Below, piece by piece: positions 31,225-43,725 of a stretch of DNA of 64,000 nt. Numbering within the stretch: position 1 is the stretch's first letter; each line of letters opens with the position of its first letter. This DNA is from Nitrosopumilus sp. (GTDB lineage: Archaea; Thermoproteota; Nitrososphaeria; Nitrososphaerales; Nitrosopumilaceae). The DNA is taken from the NCBI GenBank assembly GCA_965214775.1, contig OZ243974.1, forward strand, positions 1,408,001 through 1,472,000, in the 5' to 3' direction. Both the position numbers and the translations under genes were made by a program. The notes beneath the pieces were generated by a model that had not been told where the DNA came from, ran no database searches, and saw only the letters and a list, made by a program, of their open reading frames with translations.

Positions 31225-32265
31225 TGTTTCATATGAAAATTAGTTCCGCCCCTCATTAGTATCCTTCTCCATCCATTTGGGGTCGCTTTTCCTGATCGCT
31301 TCTGTGGCCTCCCGGCTCCGGAACGCCATTCTGGGAGTCTCTGCACGCTTGATGTCAAGCGACCAGTGCGTCCTGTGCTCGTTGTAGAACTCGATGAACT
31401 CGTCTACCTTCTCAAAGTGCGTCAGCTCCTTCTCAAGCGTTCTGAACCACCTCTCCAACTTGCCGTTGGTCTGGGGGTGATGCGGACGCGAGTTGAGCAG
31501 GACGATGCTGTGCTCTAGCAGCTCGTTCTCAAACAGCGTGGGCGTCCAGCTGCCCCTTGGGGTACCGCGCCTGGCTGACGTAAAGCAGCTGCCGTTGTCC
31601 GAGAGTACCTGGGCCGGCGTCCCGAACTCTTTGATGGCCTTGCGCAGCACCAGGACTGCGTTCTCCGAGGTCGCGCGCTCAAAGACGCCAAATCCGGTTA
31701 TGCACCGCGAGGAATCGTCAAGATATGCCACCAGATTGAGTTTTTCTAGGCGTGAATCCTTCATTTCGTGCCAGTCCACGTGCCACATTGCATTGGAGTA
31801 CTTGCGCTCATAGCGCAGCCACTTGAGCTGTCTGGGTCTGGCAGGCGAGCCGTCCGTTATTCCCTCGACCTTCATGATCCTGTATACTGCATGGTAGCTT
31901 ATCTGCCTGCCTGCGGCCCTCATGCGCAATGCCAGCCTCTCCACACCCGACGGCATCCGCGCATATGCGTCAAGGACCGCCTCCACATCCACGGGATCCG
32001 TGTCCATGCAGGGCCTTCCTGCCCCGCTCCGTGGCAGGACTGTGCCGGAGCTGCGGAATCTGGCCCATATCTTCCTGACATACCTGTCGCTGATGCCCAG
32101 CTCCCGGGCTATCTGCTTTGCAGGCACGCCCTTTTTCCTCTGCTTTTCTATGTACCGGAGCGACTTTTCCTCCAATTTTTTCCTCACGTTTTTTGATCGG
32201 TACAGCCTAAAATAATCCTTCAAAGTACGCCTGATCTTAGGCGGAACTAATTTTCGTATGATAGA
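31225..32265 (-). mobile_element. IS481-family element, intact
   Basis: TIR tcatatgaaaattagttccgcc / ggcggaactaattttcgtatga; 15-bp TSD GAGTCCAGACAGAGC (31210-31224, 32266-32280). Confidence 0.92.
31240..32187 (-). CDS. IS481 transposase
   Basis: WHVDWH, DDSSR, SDNGSCF, PQTNGKLER; start approximate (GTG). Confidence 0.88.
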   Translation of the reverse strand: MRKKLEEKSLRYIEKQRKKGVPAKQIARELGISDRYVRKIWARFRSSGTVLPRSGAGRPCMDTDPVDVEAVLDAYARMPSGVERLALRMRAAGRQISYHAVYRIMKVEGITDGSPARPRQLKWLRYERKYSNAMWHVDWHEMKDSRLEKLNLVAYLDDSSRCITGFGVFERATSENAVLVLRKAIKEFGTPAQVLSDNGSCFTSARRGTPRGSWTPTLFENELLEHSIVLLNSRPHHPQTNGKLERWFRTLEKELTHFEKVDEFIEFYNEHRTHWSLDIKRAETPRMAFRSREATEAIRKSDPKWMEKDTNEGRN

Positions 32266-33867
32266 GAGTCCAGACAGAGCAAATGACGTTATAAAGCAGC
32301 AGAGGGATGCCAAGGCATCCGTTGATATACACAATGAGGCCTTTCTGGCGGGATTGACATCCGCAACCCACGAGTCTGTAACTGCCGTACGTGACTCTAA
32401 CTCGGCCCCCTCTAAATTCAATCCAGGCTTTGCGACATTTGAAATATCAAAAATGCCAAAACTTGGGGATGTCTTTGAGATTGCCGTTACCGCACAATAT
32501 TACAACCGTACCGATGTAACGCCTCAAATAAGGATCATTATAAGTGAGGATATTTTTGAGTTTGTCAACGATCTGTTTTCTGCCAACACCGAATTCAGAT
32601 CATACAACGGTCGCACAACTGCAATATTTTACACCGATCCCGTTAACGCGGGCCAGCTCAACGGAACAGTACGCGCAATATCAGAAGGATACGGCGCCGT
32701 GTGGGGCGGAGCGCTTGTTACCGACACGCAGGAACCCTATCGAATCTACATAGACAAGGAAAACTCGTTCTTCTATGATGAGAACAAGCTCAGGCAACGC
32801 GTCACAACCGAGCCTCAATACGGCATCTCTTACGCAGATCTGGTGAAACTTCAGGAACGGGCAAAAACCGATTCAAGCCTCAGGGATCAGACGACGGTAT
32901 ACGACTCTTCCGTGCCGATACCGCCAAATCTGGTCGGCGAGGACGCAGTAAAGAGTATCTTCCTAGACAGGATAAACTGGGCAGACTACCGCGACGACAA
33001 AAACTGGGTTGCCCAGATGCCAAGGGCAGAAACGCTGAAGATTTCAAGCGAGGTTCCTGACGCGATTGGACTTGGGACCATATCTGCTGTCAACTTTACA
33101 CTGCAGTCAGTCAACAGGCTAAACGACTATGAACACGTAAAAGTCGACGTGATTCCCGGGCCCGGCCTTGCCTTGGTCGACGCGTATCACGGTGACGTGT
33201 TTGACATCGGGCCTGAAAACTCCACATCCATACAGTATGGGATAATGGCCACGCAGCCAGGAACTTGGATGCTCAACTTCAAGTTCAACGACGCTTACGA
33301 GCGTTATCTTGTAGTGGTGGGACAATAGCCATTGAACAATCCGCGGTCTGTGTTCTTAGTAGCCATCACCGTGGTGTCGCTTGCGACCCTTCCGGTCGTT
33401 TTTCCTCATGCTGATGCGTATTTTAGCGTCCAAGGTTTTGTGAATGTGGACGGAAGAGAGGGGCAAACATCAGTAGACGGCGCTATGGCGTGTGTTCACA
33501 GGTTATCTTCTAGCACGCCATTAATACTCCATGATGACAATGACGCATGCTCTGTCGTTTCCGGCTCATACTGCCAAATCAGCAATATCGTAAACCCCAG
33601 ACCATCAAGTCTGGACATTGAAGTAAGATTTACCACCGACAATGACTTCATAACCGTCGTAAACGATAACGACGAAGCATATTACGCAAAATCGGGGTCT
33701 GTGAACGACGTTCCTGATGACGTTACCGTGTATGTGCCGACCAAAATAATCACGGCAATTGCTGGTTTGAATGACAAGCGCGGATTCTGGATAATGAATG
33801 ACCTGCAAGATGCAAGGGATTTTTTTGAGAACGGCGTCGATGCTGAGATCAAGCATGTAAAGGCAAT

Positions 33868-36560
33868 AGACTTTATGCGTAATCGGCCCATCTGATCTAA
33901 AAATACGACACAATAGATCATTATTTGCACACCAACAACCCTAAAGATCTGTATGATTCCCTAACTGTATGGGCTCAAATGACAAGACTCTCCAAGCATT
34001 TCAAGCGTTACAAGCGCAACACGAGATGCTAGTCGAGCAACACGAGATGCTAGTCGAGCAACACGAGCAGGTATCCAAGCAAAACAAACAGATGTCCAAG
34101 CAAAACGAGCGTATGAGGAAGCAGCTTGCGTTTGAGGACTCGCTGTGGCAGTCCGAAGAAAACAAGACAAAAAGAGTCGTGCGCGGCCGAACGCCTCTGC
34201 GGATGCACGCAATCGAGGTTGCAGACGGCATAATCGGCGATCCGGTGCGCCTTTGCAACGTCACGGGATGCACAAAGGAGTCATTTACGATCATACGTAG
34301 TATCTACGTCAGCCATTTGTTCATCTTTACCACCTTTATCTCGCCCCTGCGCGTCATACTGCGCAGTGATCTCTGCATCTCCTTGACGGTCTTGTAAAGG
34401 CAGTTTGAAGTCGCCTTTTTGAACCCGCGCCACTGCCCCTCCGAGTTGTTAAGCTCCGGCGCGTACGGTGGCAGGTACTTTAGCACCACGTCCCCGTTCC
34501 ACTTGGCCATCTTTCTATTGAGTTCTGCTGACTTGTGGTACGATGCGTTGTCGACAAACAACAACACCTTGCCGTACTTACGGCGCAGTGTCCTGAGAAA
34601 CTTGTAGAATGTTCCCGTGTTGGCCTTTTCGTAAAAGCGATAGTCAAACCTGTTTCTTGAGAGGGCCCCTATGACATAGAACCGCTTCCTAGACAGGCTG
34701 ACGGGCGTATAGACCGGCTCTCCTACGGGGTACCAGCTGTTCTTGACGTTCCATCCCAGTATGAACATGGACTCGTCGCCTATCATTACCGTGTACCCCT
34801 TTTTTGAATAGTACTTTGCGCTCTGCCTAGCTTTTTTTTTGAACTCCTTTTTCTCGGATTCTGAGGCTGATTTTGGGTGTTTTGGCCTGGGCTTTCTGCA
34901 TGAGAAGCCGATTCTGTGCAGCAGGTCGTACATGCTCGTTTCTGCATACGTGATGCCGAACTTCTTTTTGACGTGGGCAATGACCAGCGGCCCTGTCCAT
35001 GTTGTGGCCTTAAAGCCGCAGTTGTCCGGGCCCTTGATCAGGTCTGCGCGCAGCCGTTCAAGCTGTTTCTTGTCGAGCCTGCACGGGGCGCCATGCTTTA
35101 TGTCAAACCTGCCCTCCAGGCCATGCTTGTGCGCACGCACCAGCCAGTATCGTACGGTTCCATACGGCCTGCTCAGCTTCTCGGCAATATCATATATGCT
35201 CGCGCCGCACTTTCTCATGTGGTATGCAAGGAGCCGGATTGCCGCCTTGGCGTCCTTCTCGGACTTGTGCATCCTAAAAAGCTCGTCCTTGCTTGCTATC
35301 CCGTACAGGAACGCTGTTCCCGTCGGTAATTCCTTCTTTCCTTTCATGTGTATATATGGGACTAATAGCTCTTAGATCCTTTGGTTGAAAAAAATTGTCC
35401 TTTTTGTGATCAATTGGTAGCCGAGGATACTACGGGAGCGCTTTACGGAAGAAGTCATGGACGACGAGGACAGGCCCCTGTTCTGGGAGGACGACGTAAG
35501 AGGCGGCGATGCCGGAAACCGGTGCAAGCTGTACATCAGGCACGCGCTGCTTGCAGTACTCATGAGCATAAGGACCAAGGCAACGCAGCATCATCTGGCC
35601 GCAACGTTTGACGTCGACCAGTCCACAATGTCCAGGTACCTCCGGTACGGTGCCGTGTTACTGCGCCAGCTCCTGCCTGCCTCCGAAAAGCTAACAAGCA
35701 TCATCTGCAAGACCCCGGCAGGCAAGCTGGAGGAGGTGCTGATCCCAAAAAAGACGCTCCTGATTGACGGTACCCTGACTCCGGTAGACAGGCCCGGGGA
35801 CAGGACCGCAAGAAAGACCAGATACTCGGGAAGAAAAAAGCGGCACATGTTCAACACGATAATTACCTCGAACCTGGACGGCCTCATACTGCACTGCGGC
35901 AAGACTGTGGACGGAAGCGTCAACGACAAGGGCGTGATGAACGCAGGGGGCGGCCCGGACTTTGGAAGGCACACCGGATCAATGAGGAATGCAAAAAACG
36001 CAGACGATCCGGAAGAGGCGTTTGTGATTTACAGCGACCTGGGATTTGAGGGCATTCAAAAGATGCTTCCGGGCGCCATACACAGGCAGCCCCCAAAGAA
36101 GCCCAGGGACGGGGATCTTACTGCAACGCAAAAGAGGCGCCGCAAGCAGATAAGCAGGGTTCGCGTCAGGGTGGAGCACCACATAGGACGGCTCAAAAGA
36201 TATGGCATTCTTACCATGCCGTTTGGCGGGACTGCCAAGGATCTAAACTATTTCATGCAGATAATCACGGGTCTTGAGAACCTCAAGACTATGCTGAAAA
36301 GGAAAAAATACTATGGCCAGCTGCTGCAGCAGCTGCATCTGCTGCCAGACACATGACATACGGCGGTACGGACCGCCATTCTTTCTGACTTGTCAGCGGG
36401 GCACATTGCCGTGCTGCATGGTTGCGCACGTTCTTTTGGCGCAACTGGCTTTTACGTGCGTCATGACACGAGATGCATGCGGTAATTTGATCCGATCAGC
36501 GCATTTGCGTTTGGAAAAGCCTACGGAATTTTTAATCACGGTCGATTACGCATAAAGTCT
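33868..36560 (+). mobile_element. IS5/ISL2-like element copy 2, itself interrupted by IS630
   Basis: Same TIRs and AAT TSD as 2142-3697; transposase split into 33969-34297 and 35435-36356. Confidence 0.92.
34298..35432 (-). mobile_element. IS630-family element copy 1 (transposase 34304-35347)
   Basis: TAGTATC...GATACTA ends; GDES, VDNASYH, LPPYAPELNNSE motifs; flanked by CG. Confidence 0.92.
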
Positions 36561-39500
36561 AATCTGGAAAGATGGGCGAAACGTGAACTATTCCAACTAT
36601 GCTGATTCCGTAATCGATATTGACGGTCTTGGCAGCTACAAAGAGGAACCTGACGGAGATGTCAACAATGAGTGGATCATACTGCACGAATATGGACATC
36701 ACGTAATGGACCATGCATATGGCGGTGTCTTTCCTATAAGCAATTGTCCAACCCCACACTACATTACCCAACAGAGTAGCCAAAACTGCGGCTGGACGGA
36801 AGGCTGGGCCAATTTTGTACCCCACCTCGTAACCGGTGATGAAGTAATGAGTCTTCTCAACCACTCTGTGTCGTATGACATCGAAGAGCCGCGATACGGC
36901 AACATCAGAGGTACTGACAGTAGTTTTGAACAAACCGAACGAACCGAGGGCCGCGTGGCCGCAACGCTCTGGGATCTGCACGATTCTGGAAGAACCGATG
37001 AAAATATCAGGCGCGACTTTGACAGATATATCTGGGATGCGTTCTCGGATCTTACTCCTGCTGAATATGCCGACAATTTCAGGGAGTTCCAGGAAAACTG
37101 GGATAAAAAACATCCTTCTTCGGCAGAAGATGATCTAAGGGAGGTCATGATACTGAACACCATCGTATATCTTGCGGTGCCCGATCAAATAGACGATCTA
37201 AAGGCAGTTAGCGTCACCACAAGACAGGCAACCCTGACTTGGAGCATACCGTCAGACAATGGTCATCAGATTACAAGGCAGGAAATTGTGCAGAGGCATG
37301 GCCTTGCGGAAGAAACCATCATGCCGCTGTCTGCCAACGAGACCATCTATACGGCTCCAAACCTAGTTGACAACAACGCCTACTCGTTTTTTGTCAGGGT
37401 TTACAACGAACACGGATTTTCTGCATCAAACGTTGAGAACATCATAACCGCACAGATCCCCAACCCGCCAAAAAACATCCGGTCTGTTAATGTCTCCCAC
37501 GACATGGTTGAAATTTCCTGGGAGGCTCCAGACGACGGAAATTTTGAGGTCACCCAATACGAGATCTTCAGGGCCGCCTCGCCGTTCGTCTCGTTAGCTA
37601 ACGTGTCTGCATCCATCACGACATATGCTGATACCTCCGTGTCTGCCGCCACCGATTATCGTTACAAGATACGTGCGCACAGCCAACACGATTCCAGCAC
37701 GTTTTCTCAAACAATTCCTGTTTCCACTCCGACGCAATCCCCCGGCATCTGCATGCCGCCTGCCATCACGGCGCCAGAAGACGTGACGGTCGAGGCAACT
37801 GCCGTCCTCACACCTGCCTCCGACGTGGGTCTGGGCGACGCCGTGACCTCAGACGATGTTGATGCCGATCCCACAATAACAAACGATGCGCCAGAGTCGT
37901 TTCCTCTAGGCGACACCACGGTAACGTGGACTGCCACTGATTCCTGTGGCAACGCAGCGACGGACACCCAGACCGTGACGATACGGGACACGACACTGCC
38001 AAGCATCACCGCACCGCCAGATGTCACAGCCGAGGCTGCCGGCGTACTTACCATAGTATCCATTGGACAGGCCACCGCAACTGACATCGCCGATCCAGAT
38101 CCGACGATAACAAATGACGCGCCAGCATCGTTCCCTCTGGGCGACACCACAGTCACGTGGATTGCCACGGATGGCTCTGGCAACGCGGCGACGGCAACAC
38201 AGGCTGTTACGATACGGGACACCACGCCGCCCCAGATCACCGCGCCTGCAGACCATACCGCAGAGGCTGCCGGCATGATGACTGTCCTGAATGCCGGCGA
38301 CTATGGGACTCCCACCGTATCTGACATTGCGGATCCCAACCCGATGATAGCAAACGACGCGCCAGAGTCGTTTTCTCTGGGCAACACCACAATAACGTGG
38401 ACTGCCACGGACTCCTCGGACAATGTTGCCACGGCAACCCAGACTGTTACAATACGGGACACCACGCCGCCTGCCATCTCCGACCTGCGCGACATAAGCG
38501 TGGATGATCCGGCGGGCCGGGGGGTGGCTGTCAGCTACGACGCGCCTACTGCCACCGACCTCGTGGACGCAACAGTGGCAGTATCGTGCACGCACGAGCC
38601 GGGATCGACGTTTGCGCCAGGATTCACCGGGGTAGCGTGCACGGCGACAGACGGCTCTGAAAACCTGTCGCGTGTCGGGTTCATCATACACGTGGACGCC
38701 TCCGATTCAATCTTGGATGTCTCTCAGACGGTAAGCACGGGCCGGTCCACGTGGAGCGTGACTGGTCCTGACAGGGTGTTTGCGGGGCAGACCTTCGAGT
38801 ATACGGTGACCCTCGAGGACGGGGCGAGGCCGCGGCTGGAGTCGCTTGCCGTGTACAGCACGGCGCCGGAGCGGGATCTCGGATGGCACGATCCCGATGC
38901 GGACTGCCAGACCGTGATATGCGCGGGGTTTCCAGGACAGAAGCATGACACGTACAAGATAGCAAGTGACGAGGACTCGCCGTACACTGCCATGCACAAC
39001 AAGATGAAAAAGTCCAGATCCAGCCACACCGTGCTGCTGCAGCCGGCAGTTAACGCGCCTGCGGGCACGCAGGCCACAGTCGGCATGATGGACAGCGGCA
39101 ACAACCAGGTGGGAGGTATACACGTAACGGTGATGCCGCCGTCCGCAAAGACGATAACAGGCGAGCACGCCACCTGGAGGATCACGGGCCCCGACAGGAT
39201 ATTTCCGGGGCAGACCTTCGAGTATACCGTGACCCTTGAGGGCACAAGGCACCAGCACGACGCCCTTGCCGTATACAGCAGATCGCTTACCGTGGACGAT
39301 TTCGGGGGATTCCCGGAGGGCTCCGGGTGCGGCACGACCGTATGCGCTGATTTCCCCGGGCAGCGGCGCCGCACGATGGAGCTTGACAACCACGCAGGCT
39401 CCGCATATGACGTAAGGTACCACACGATCAACGCGCTCGGATACCAGTACGCCATATTATTGAGGACGGCCGACGACGCGGAGGCGGGAGGCGCGTTCTG

Positions 39501-40575
39501 GGTCGGCCTGGTGGACGGGGACGGCGTCCCCAAGGGAGGCATACGGGTCACGATCGCAGATCCCGTGACCGTAACTGCCCCCTACGAGGAGCTCGTGGCA
39601 GGCCTGTCCTTTGAGGGCAGCCTGGCAGACGCGACGGGGAACAACAACGGCACGGCGGCAGCAGGGGATGTCGTCACATACGTGCCGGGCAGGATCGGCA
39701 GGGCGCTGCAGCTTGACAACTCCTCGCACGTCACCCTCGCGGGGGAGGCCGACTTTGACTTTGGGTGGTCCGACCCGCTCAGCATTGCGTTCTGGCTCAA
39801 ACAGGATGCGCCCGTCAGTGCCAACTCCATGGTACTGTCCAAGGTGGAGTCGATAGGCCATCCGGGCTCGTACGTGTGGATATGGGACGGGGCGCCCAAC
39901 AGGGTCCTGCTCATGCTGCACAACGGCTCCTCGTTCATAAACGTGCACACCCCGGCCCACCTGAACATGTCCGACGGCTCCTGGCACCACATGGCATTCA
40001 CGTACGACGGCTCGGGTGCCAAAGATGGCCTGAACGCGTACGTCGACGGCGAGCACCGGGACTTTGACCACTTCCGCAGGGGCCTGGGACTGACAGGCAA
40101 CATGACAAACGGCCATGCGTTTGCCCTAGGTGCCTCCGGCCTGCGGGAGCACGGCATGGCCGATGCGGCACTTGACGAGCTGCGCGTGTACGACACCGAG
40201 CTGTCAGCCCGGCAGGTGCGGCTGCTGCATGCGGCAGGCCTCGGCTAGCCTGCGCGATCACGGCGGGCCGAACCTGCGGCAGGAGATTGTGCCTGCCAGT
40301 AAATTCTTGGAGTATTCCATGATCAGACGTCCATGCAGACGGTCGATGACGTTCAAGGGTCTGCGATTGCCTGCATGATGCCCCACAGGCGGTACTGCAT
40401 GTCAGGACCTTTGCTGCCGTGCCTTCCGCGCGGTATCTTCTGGGGGTAGTAGACTCTTACATCTTATCGTGCATTGTTGCGCAATACCTAAATCAGGCGT
40501 GCCAGATCGATTATTGGAACGCAAAAAGGATCCGATATGGTGGCAGTACCCGACCAGTCCAGCCCATACTTTTGA

Positions 40576-41019
40576 TCAATCCAAAACAAACGTATCACGC
40601 TGTGACGGCAGTCTGATGCGCTCTTCAAGGGGGCCAGTTCCAGTTGATAATACCGTTTTTGTTTTGTCATTGCGCCGTGCCTTTAGGTAGGTCTCTATTG
40701 ACATACGAACCTCATCATATTCTGTCTGGTACTCTGAGGCGTGGGTATCCTGATGATTGTGACGGTGCCACATGGAAAGAGCCAGAACCTGCGCCGCGTG
40801 CCTGCATTTTGGTATCAGTATGCCGTCAGGTACCGGGGTATCCATGTATTTTGAGAGTATGTTTGTTATGGTGTCATTTGCCCTTGCAATGACATGGTCT
40901 AGCGTCCCGTCATGGGCGTCATTAGTAGGGATTATGCCGAGTGCTGACTTGACACTAGTGAGATTGGCAAAATACTTGTAATTTTCATTGAAGGTGTCTT
41001 CTTCAGTGCTGCTACTCAA
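40576..41019 (-). CDS. phage head-tail adaptor-like protein
   Basis: YFANLTSVKSALGI...DGTLDHVIARANDTITNIL...RHAAQVLALSMW resembles the gp6/gp15-type helical connector pattern. Confidence 0.55.
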   Translation of the reverse strand: MSSSTEEDTFNENYKYFANLTSVKSALGIIPTNDAHDGTLDHVIARANDTITNILSKYMDTPVPDGILIPKCRHAAQVLALSMWHRHNHQDTHASEYQTEYDEVRMSIETYLKARRNDKTKTVLSTGTGPLEERIRLPSQRDTFVLD

Positions 41020-41120
41020 TATCTTTTAGCCTCCTTTCTGCAACATCCAGTTTACGGTTTACGATTCTTGCCACGTCCTGATGATCATGCTTTGAAAATT
41101 CAAGGTGTTGGTCTCCAAGT

Positions 41121-41243
41121 CAGTACTTCCCAAGTGTACTTTTGCAGGCACGACAATTACGTAATTTGCAAAAGACCTTATGCGTAAACGAAATTAGCGG
41201 CTATGCCGTGCCGGGTCTGCAAAAGCACACCTAGGAAGTACTG
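41121..41243. mobile_element. ISH3-type MITE
   Basis: CAGTACTTCC...GGAAGTACTG, AAGT on both sides; TIR like the adjacent ISH3. Confidence 0.75.
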
Positions 41244-41247
41244 AAGT

Positions 41248-42778
41248 CAGTAGTTGCTAGATGTACTTTTGAAGGCATGATGATTACGTAATTTACCGAG
41301 ATTTTTTGACCATTACGATCTTAGATCAGAAGGTGTGTCAAACATCATCATGATGTCACCAACACAAAACGATGTGTTTGCACACCAGTACGACATAGCA
41401 ACACGGCAGTTTAAAGCATTGCGGCGGCGGTTCCTCAAACTCGGAATGGCAGTCTCAAAGAGTCACAACGAGGTGTACGGTCATGCCGACGTACTGCGCG
41501 TACTAAGCCTCATGTCTGATAGGAAGATGTTTGTCAGATCTGCCGTGACGCATCTTCACAGGAAGGTCTCAAAATACCACAGGTAGCAGCAGCAACAGCA
41601 ACAGCAGTATGACGGCGGGACTGTTAATGTTGCTGCCTCCTCTGCCTCCAAAAAGGGCGGCGCATACAGCTCCCGTACGCCCCATCCGGACTGGATCCTA
41701 AAGACCATCCGGAGCGTCAGCCCGGACCAGACGCAAAGGTGGTGCAACTCCATGTTACAGCACACGGTAAGAAACGGCCGCAGGTCCGGCATGTTGCACA
41801 ACACGGACGTAGTGGCAGTGGATGTCACCGACATCGAATACTATGGCAAGGGCCTAAAGGATGTCGCCAGAAAGTCAAAGCCCAAGAACGGCACGTCTAC
41901 TTTTCTCTCACACATTACCGTGCACGGAGTAGGATCAGATGACGGCTCTGACCTCGTGCTTTCCTCGCTGCAGCTTCCAAAAGATGCAAAACTGGCCGAT
42001 TTCGTGCCTAAAATGATCCGCAAAGCGTCCAGATCAGGTGTGCGGATCAGGATGTTCCTGTATGACCGGGGATTCTTTAATGTCAACTGCATGGTGGCCG
42101 CAGGCAAAAGCCAGGGCTGCTACGTCATGCCTGCAGTCAAGAACAAGAGGATAAAGGCGGCAATAGAGGAATACCTCCATGTAAAGCGCGATGCAATATC
42201 TGACTATACCATGACTAACAAGGAGGGCAAAAGCGTCACGTTCAGGCTGGTCATTGTAAAAAAGGAGGAAGAAGACGAAGACACAGACAAAGACAAAGAC
42301 ACAGACAAAGACAAAGACACAGACACAGCAAAAGAGGAATGCACAGAAAAAAAGAAGGAAAAGAAAAAAGAAACGGCAGACGAATACCTGGTCTTTGCCA
42401 CCAACATGCATGCCAAAAGCGTAGAGGCCGTCATAGCTCAGATACCAGAAGAGTACCGCATGCGGTGGGGAATCAAGACAGGGTTCAGGGTGATCAAGGG
42501 AGTAATGGGCAAGACATGCAGCAATTCGCCGGCAGTCAGGATGTTGTTATTCTACATGCACCTCATACTGTACAATCTCTGGAGGACTGCCATATTCATG
42601 GATGTGGAGTCCATGTGGGATGGATTTGCGGGAGGCAAGGGGTTTACCATGGCGCTGTTTGTCGAGTGCATTACAGATGCGGCTGACTCGTTTGTAAACG
42701 ATCGCAGAAAGTAGTAGCAGTGGCCGCAGTGGTGCCGTGTCCGATGATGGTCTGCAAAAGTACACCTAGGAACTACTG
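41248..42778 (+). mobile_element. ISH3-family element with inactivated transposase (41335-42714)
   Basis: CAGTAGTT...AACTACTG TIRs; AVDVTDIEYYG, YDRGFF; in-frame TAG at 41584 and WGIKTGF in place of WxIETGY. Confidence 0.85.
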
Positions 42779-43097
42779 AATAAGGGAGATCGAGAAATAT
42801 CACGACCTGATGTTGCGTGGAATAATCTCAAGATCCGACTTTGAAATGAAAAAGGACGCGCTGCTGGGCCTCGAAAAGTAGCCGGCCACGATCCTAAAAA
42901 CTGTCATTTGACAAGCATCATCCTTGTTGATATTGCATCCTGTTTCAGGATGCCTGCATTTGGAACAGTCTTCCTAGAAGTAATCCCGAAAACGACCTTG
43001 GATTTGAAATAAATCAAGTTATGGTGCATGGTATATGGCCGTCGAAGGTTTATGCAAAACAGAGTACTAAAATATGGAATATGGTACAGAATGCTGA

Positions 43098-43334
43098 ATG
43101 GTCAGACTGGATCTTGCACGCCTTGGCACGGATAATTCTGGCAATCATCCCTGTCAATGTGACATTGACGATGCAGTGGGAACAGCAGATGGAGGAGGAA
43201 GAATCAGGTTTGGCGATAGCAGCTTTACAATTGAAGAAAAGAATCCATATGTGATAATGTTTCCAATGGACGACGTCTGGAGACTTGGCGAAGCGCTGTC
43301 TGAGGCGCACGCGCAGGAGGGTGGCAAGGCATGA
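43098..43334 (+). CDS. small hypothetical protein, cassette unit A
   Basis: ATGA-coupled to the next gene; conserved in unit B (46944-47186). Confidence 0.5.
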   Translation: MVRLDLARLGTDNSGNHPCQCDIDDAVGTADGGGRIRFGDSSFTIEEKNPYVIMFPMDDVWRLGEALSEAHAQEGGKA

Positions 43335-43723
43335 CTGCAATAGACAGGCTTGCGACACTCTGGAGTGCGGCCATAGTGGTAGTAGCAGTAGGCGTTACGC
43401 TTGCAATGTCGTCTGCTGGGCCAGAGCCGGTCGGTACGGACATAGATCCCGCTGCGCCGTCTGCACTGTGCGAGTCCCACGGATATGAGTGGAACGAGGA
43501 GTATTATTTTTGTGATATGTGGAGCTCTCATGTGAGCGACAAGATATGCCATGATCATGGCATCGATCAACAGGATTGTCTTGACTATATACTTAAGCTT
43601 GACAGGTATGGTGATCTATGCCGTGAGTGGGGAGGTAATCCGGAAACATGCGACCCAGAAGCTGGGTTGAGTGCGGACAGTAGGACCAAGGTAGATATAT
43701 GCATGACGGTTTGCGGGTTTTAG
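43331..43723 (+). CDS. secreted 8-Cys miniprotein, allele A
   Basis: Hydrophobic signal/anchor, 8 Cys, ends CMTVCGF. Confidence 0.75.
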   Translation: MTAIDRLATLWSAAIVVVAVGVTLAMSSAGPEPVGTDIDPAAPSALCESHGYEWNEEYYFCDMWSSHVSDKICHDHGIDQQDCLDYILKLDRYGDLCREWGGNPETCDPEAGLSADSRTKVDICMTVCGF

Positions 43724-43725
43724 AC

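Larger units (their letters stand above)
30959..33328 (+). pseudogene. secreted thaumarchaeal-domain protein split by IS481
   Basis: Signal peptide and SPAQQ...IQC...PACV...GW domain; the frame rejoins at SPDRA|NDVIK after removing the IS. Confidence 0.8.
33332..40248 (+). pseudogene. large secreted zinc metalloprotease/adhesin (HExxH, 2xFN3, HYR-like repeats, LamG) split by IS5
   Basis: Removing 33868-36563 gives ...HVKAIWKDGRNVNY...; HEYGH...EGWA gluzincin motif; FPLGDTTVTWTATD repeats; WHHMAFTYDG...LDELRVY LamG. Confidence 0.85.

Noticed and set aside
34830-34842. Programmed -1 frameshift at the A9 run of IS630
   Set aside because: The run is in frame (FKKKAR) in both copies, giving a single ORF.
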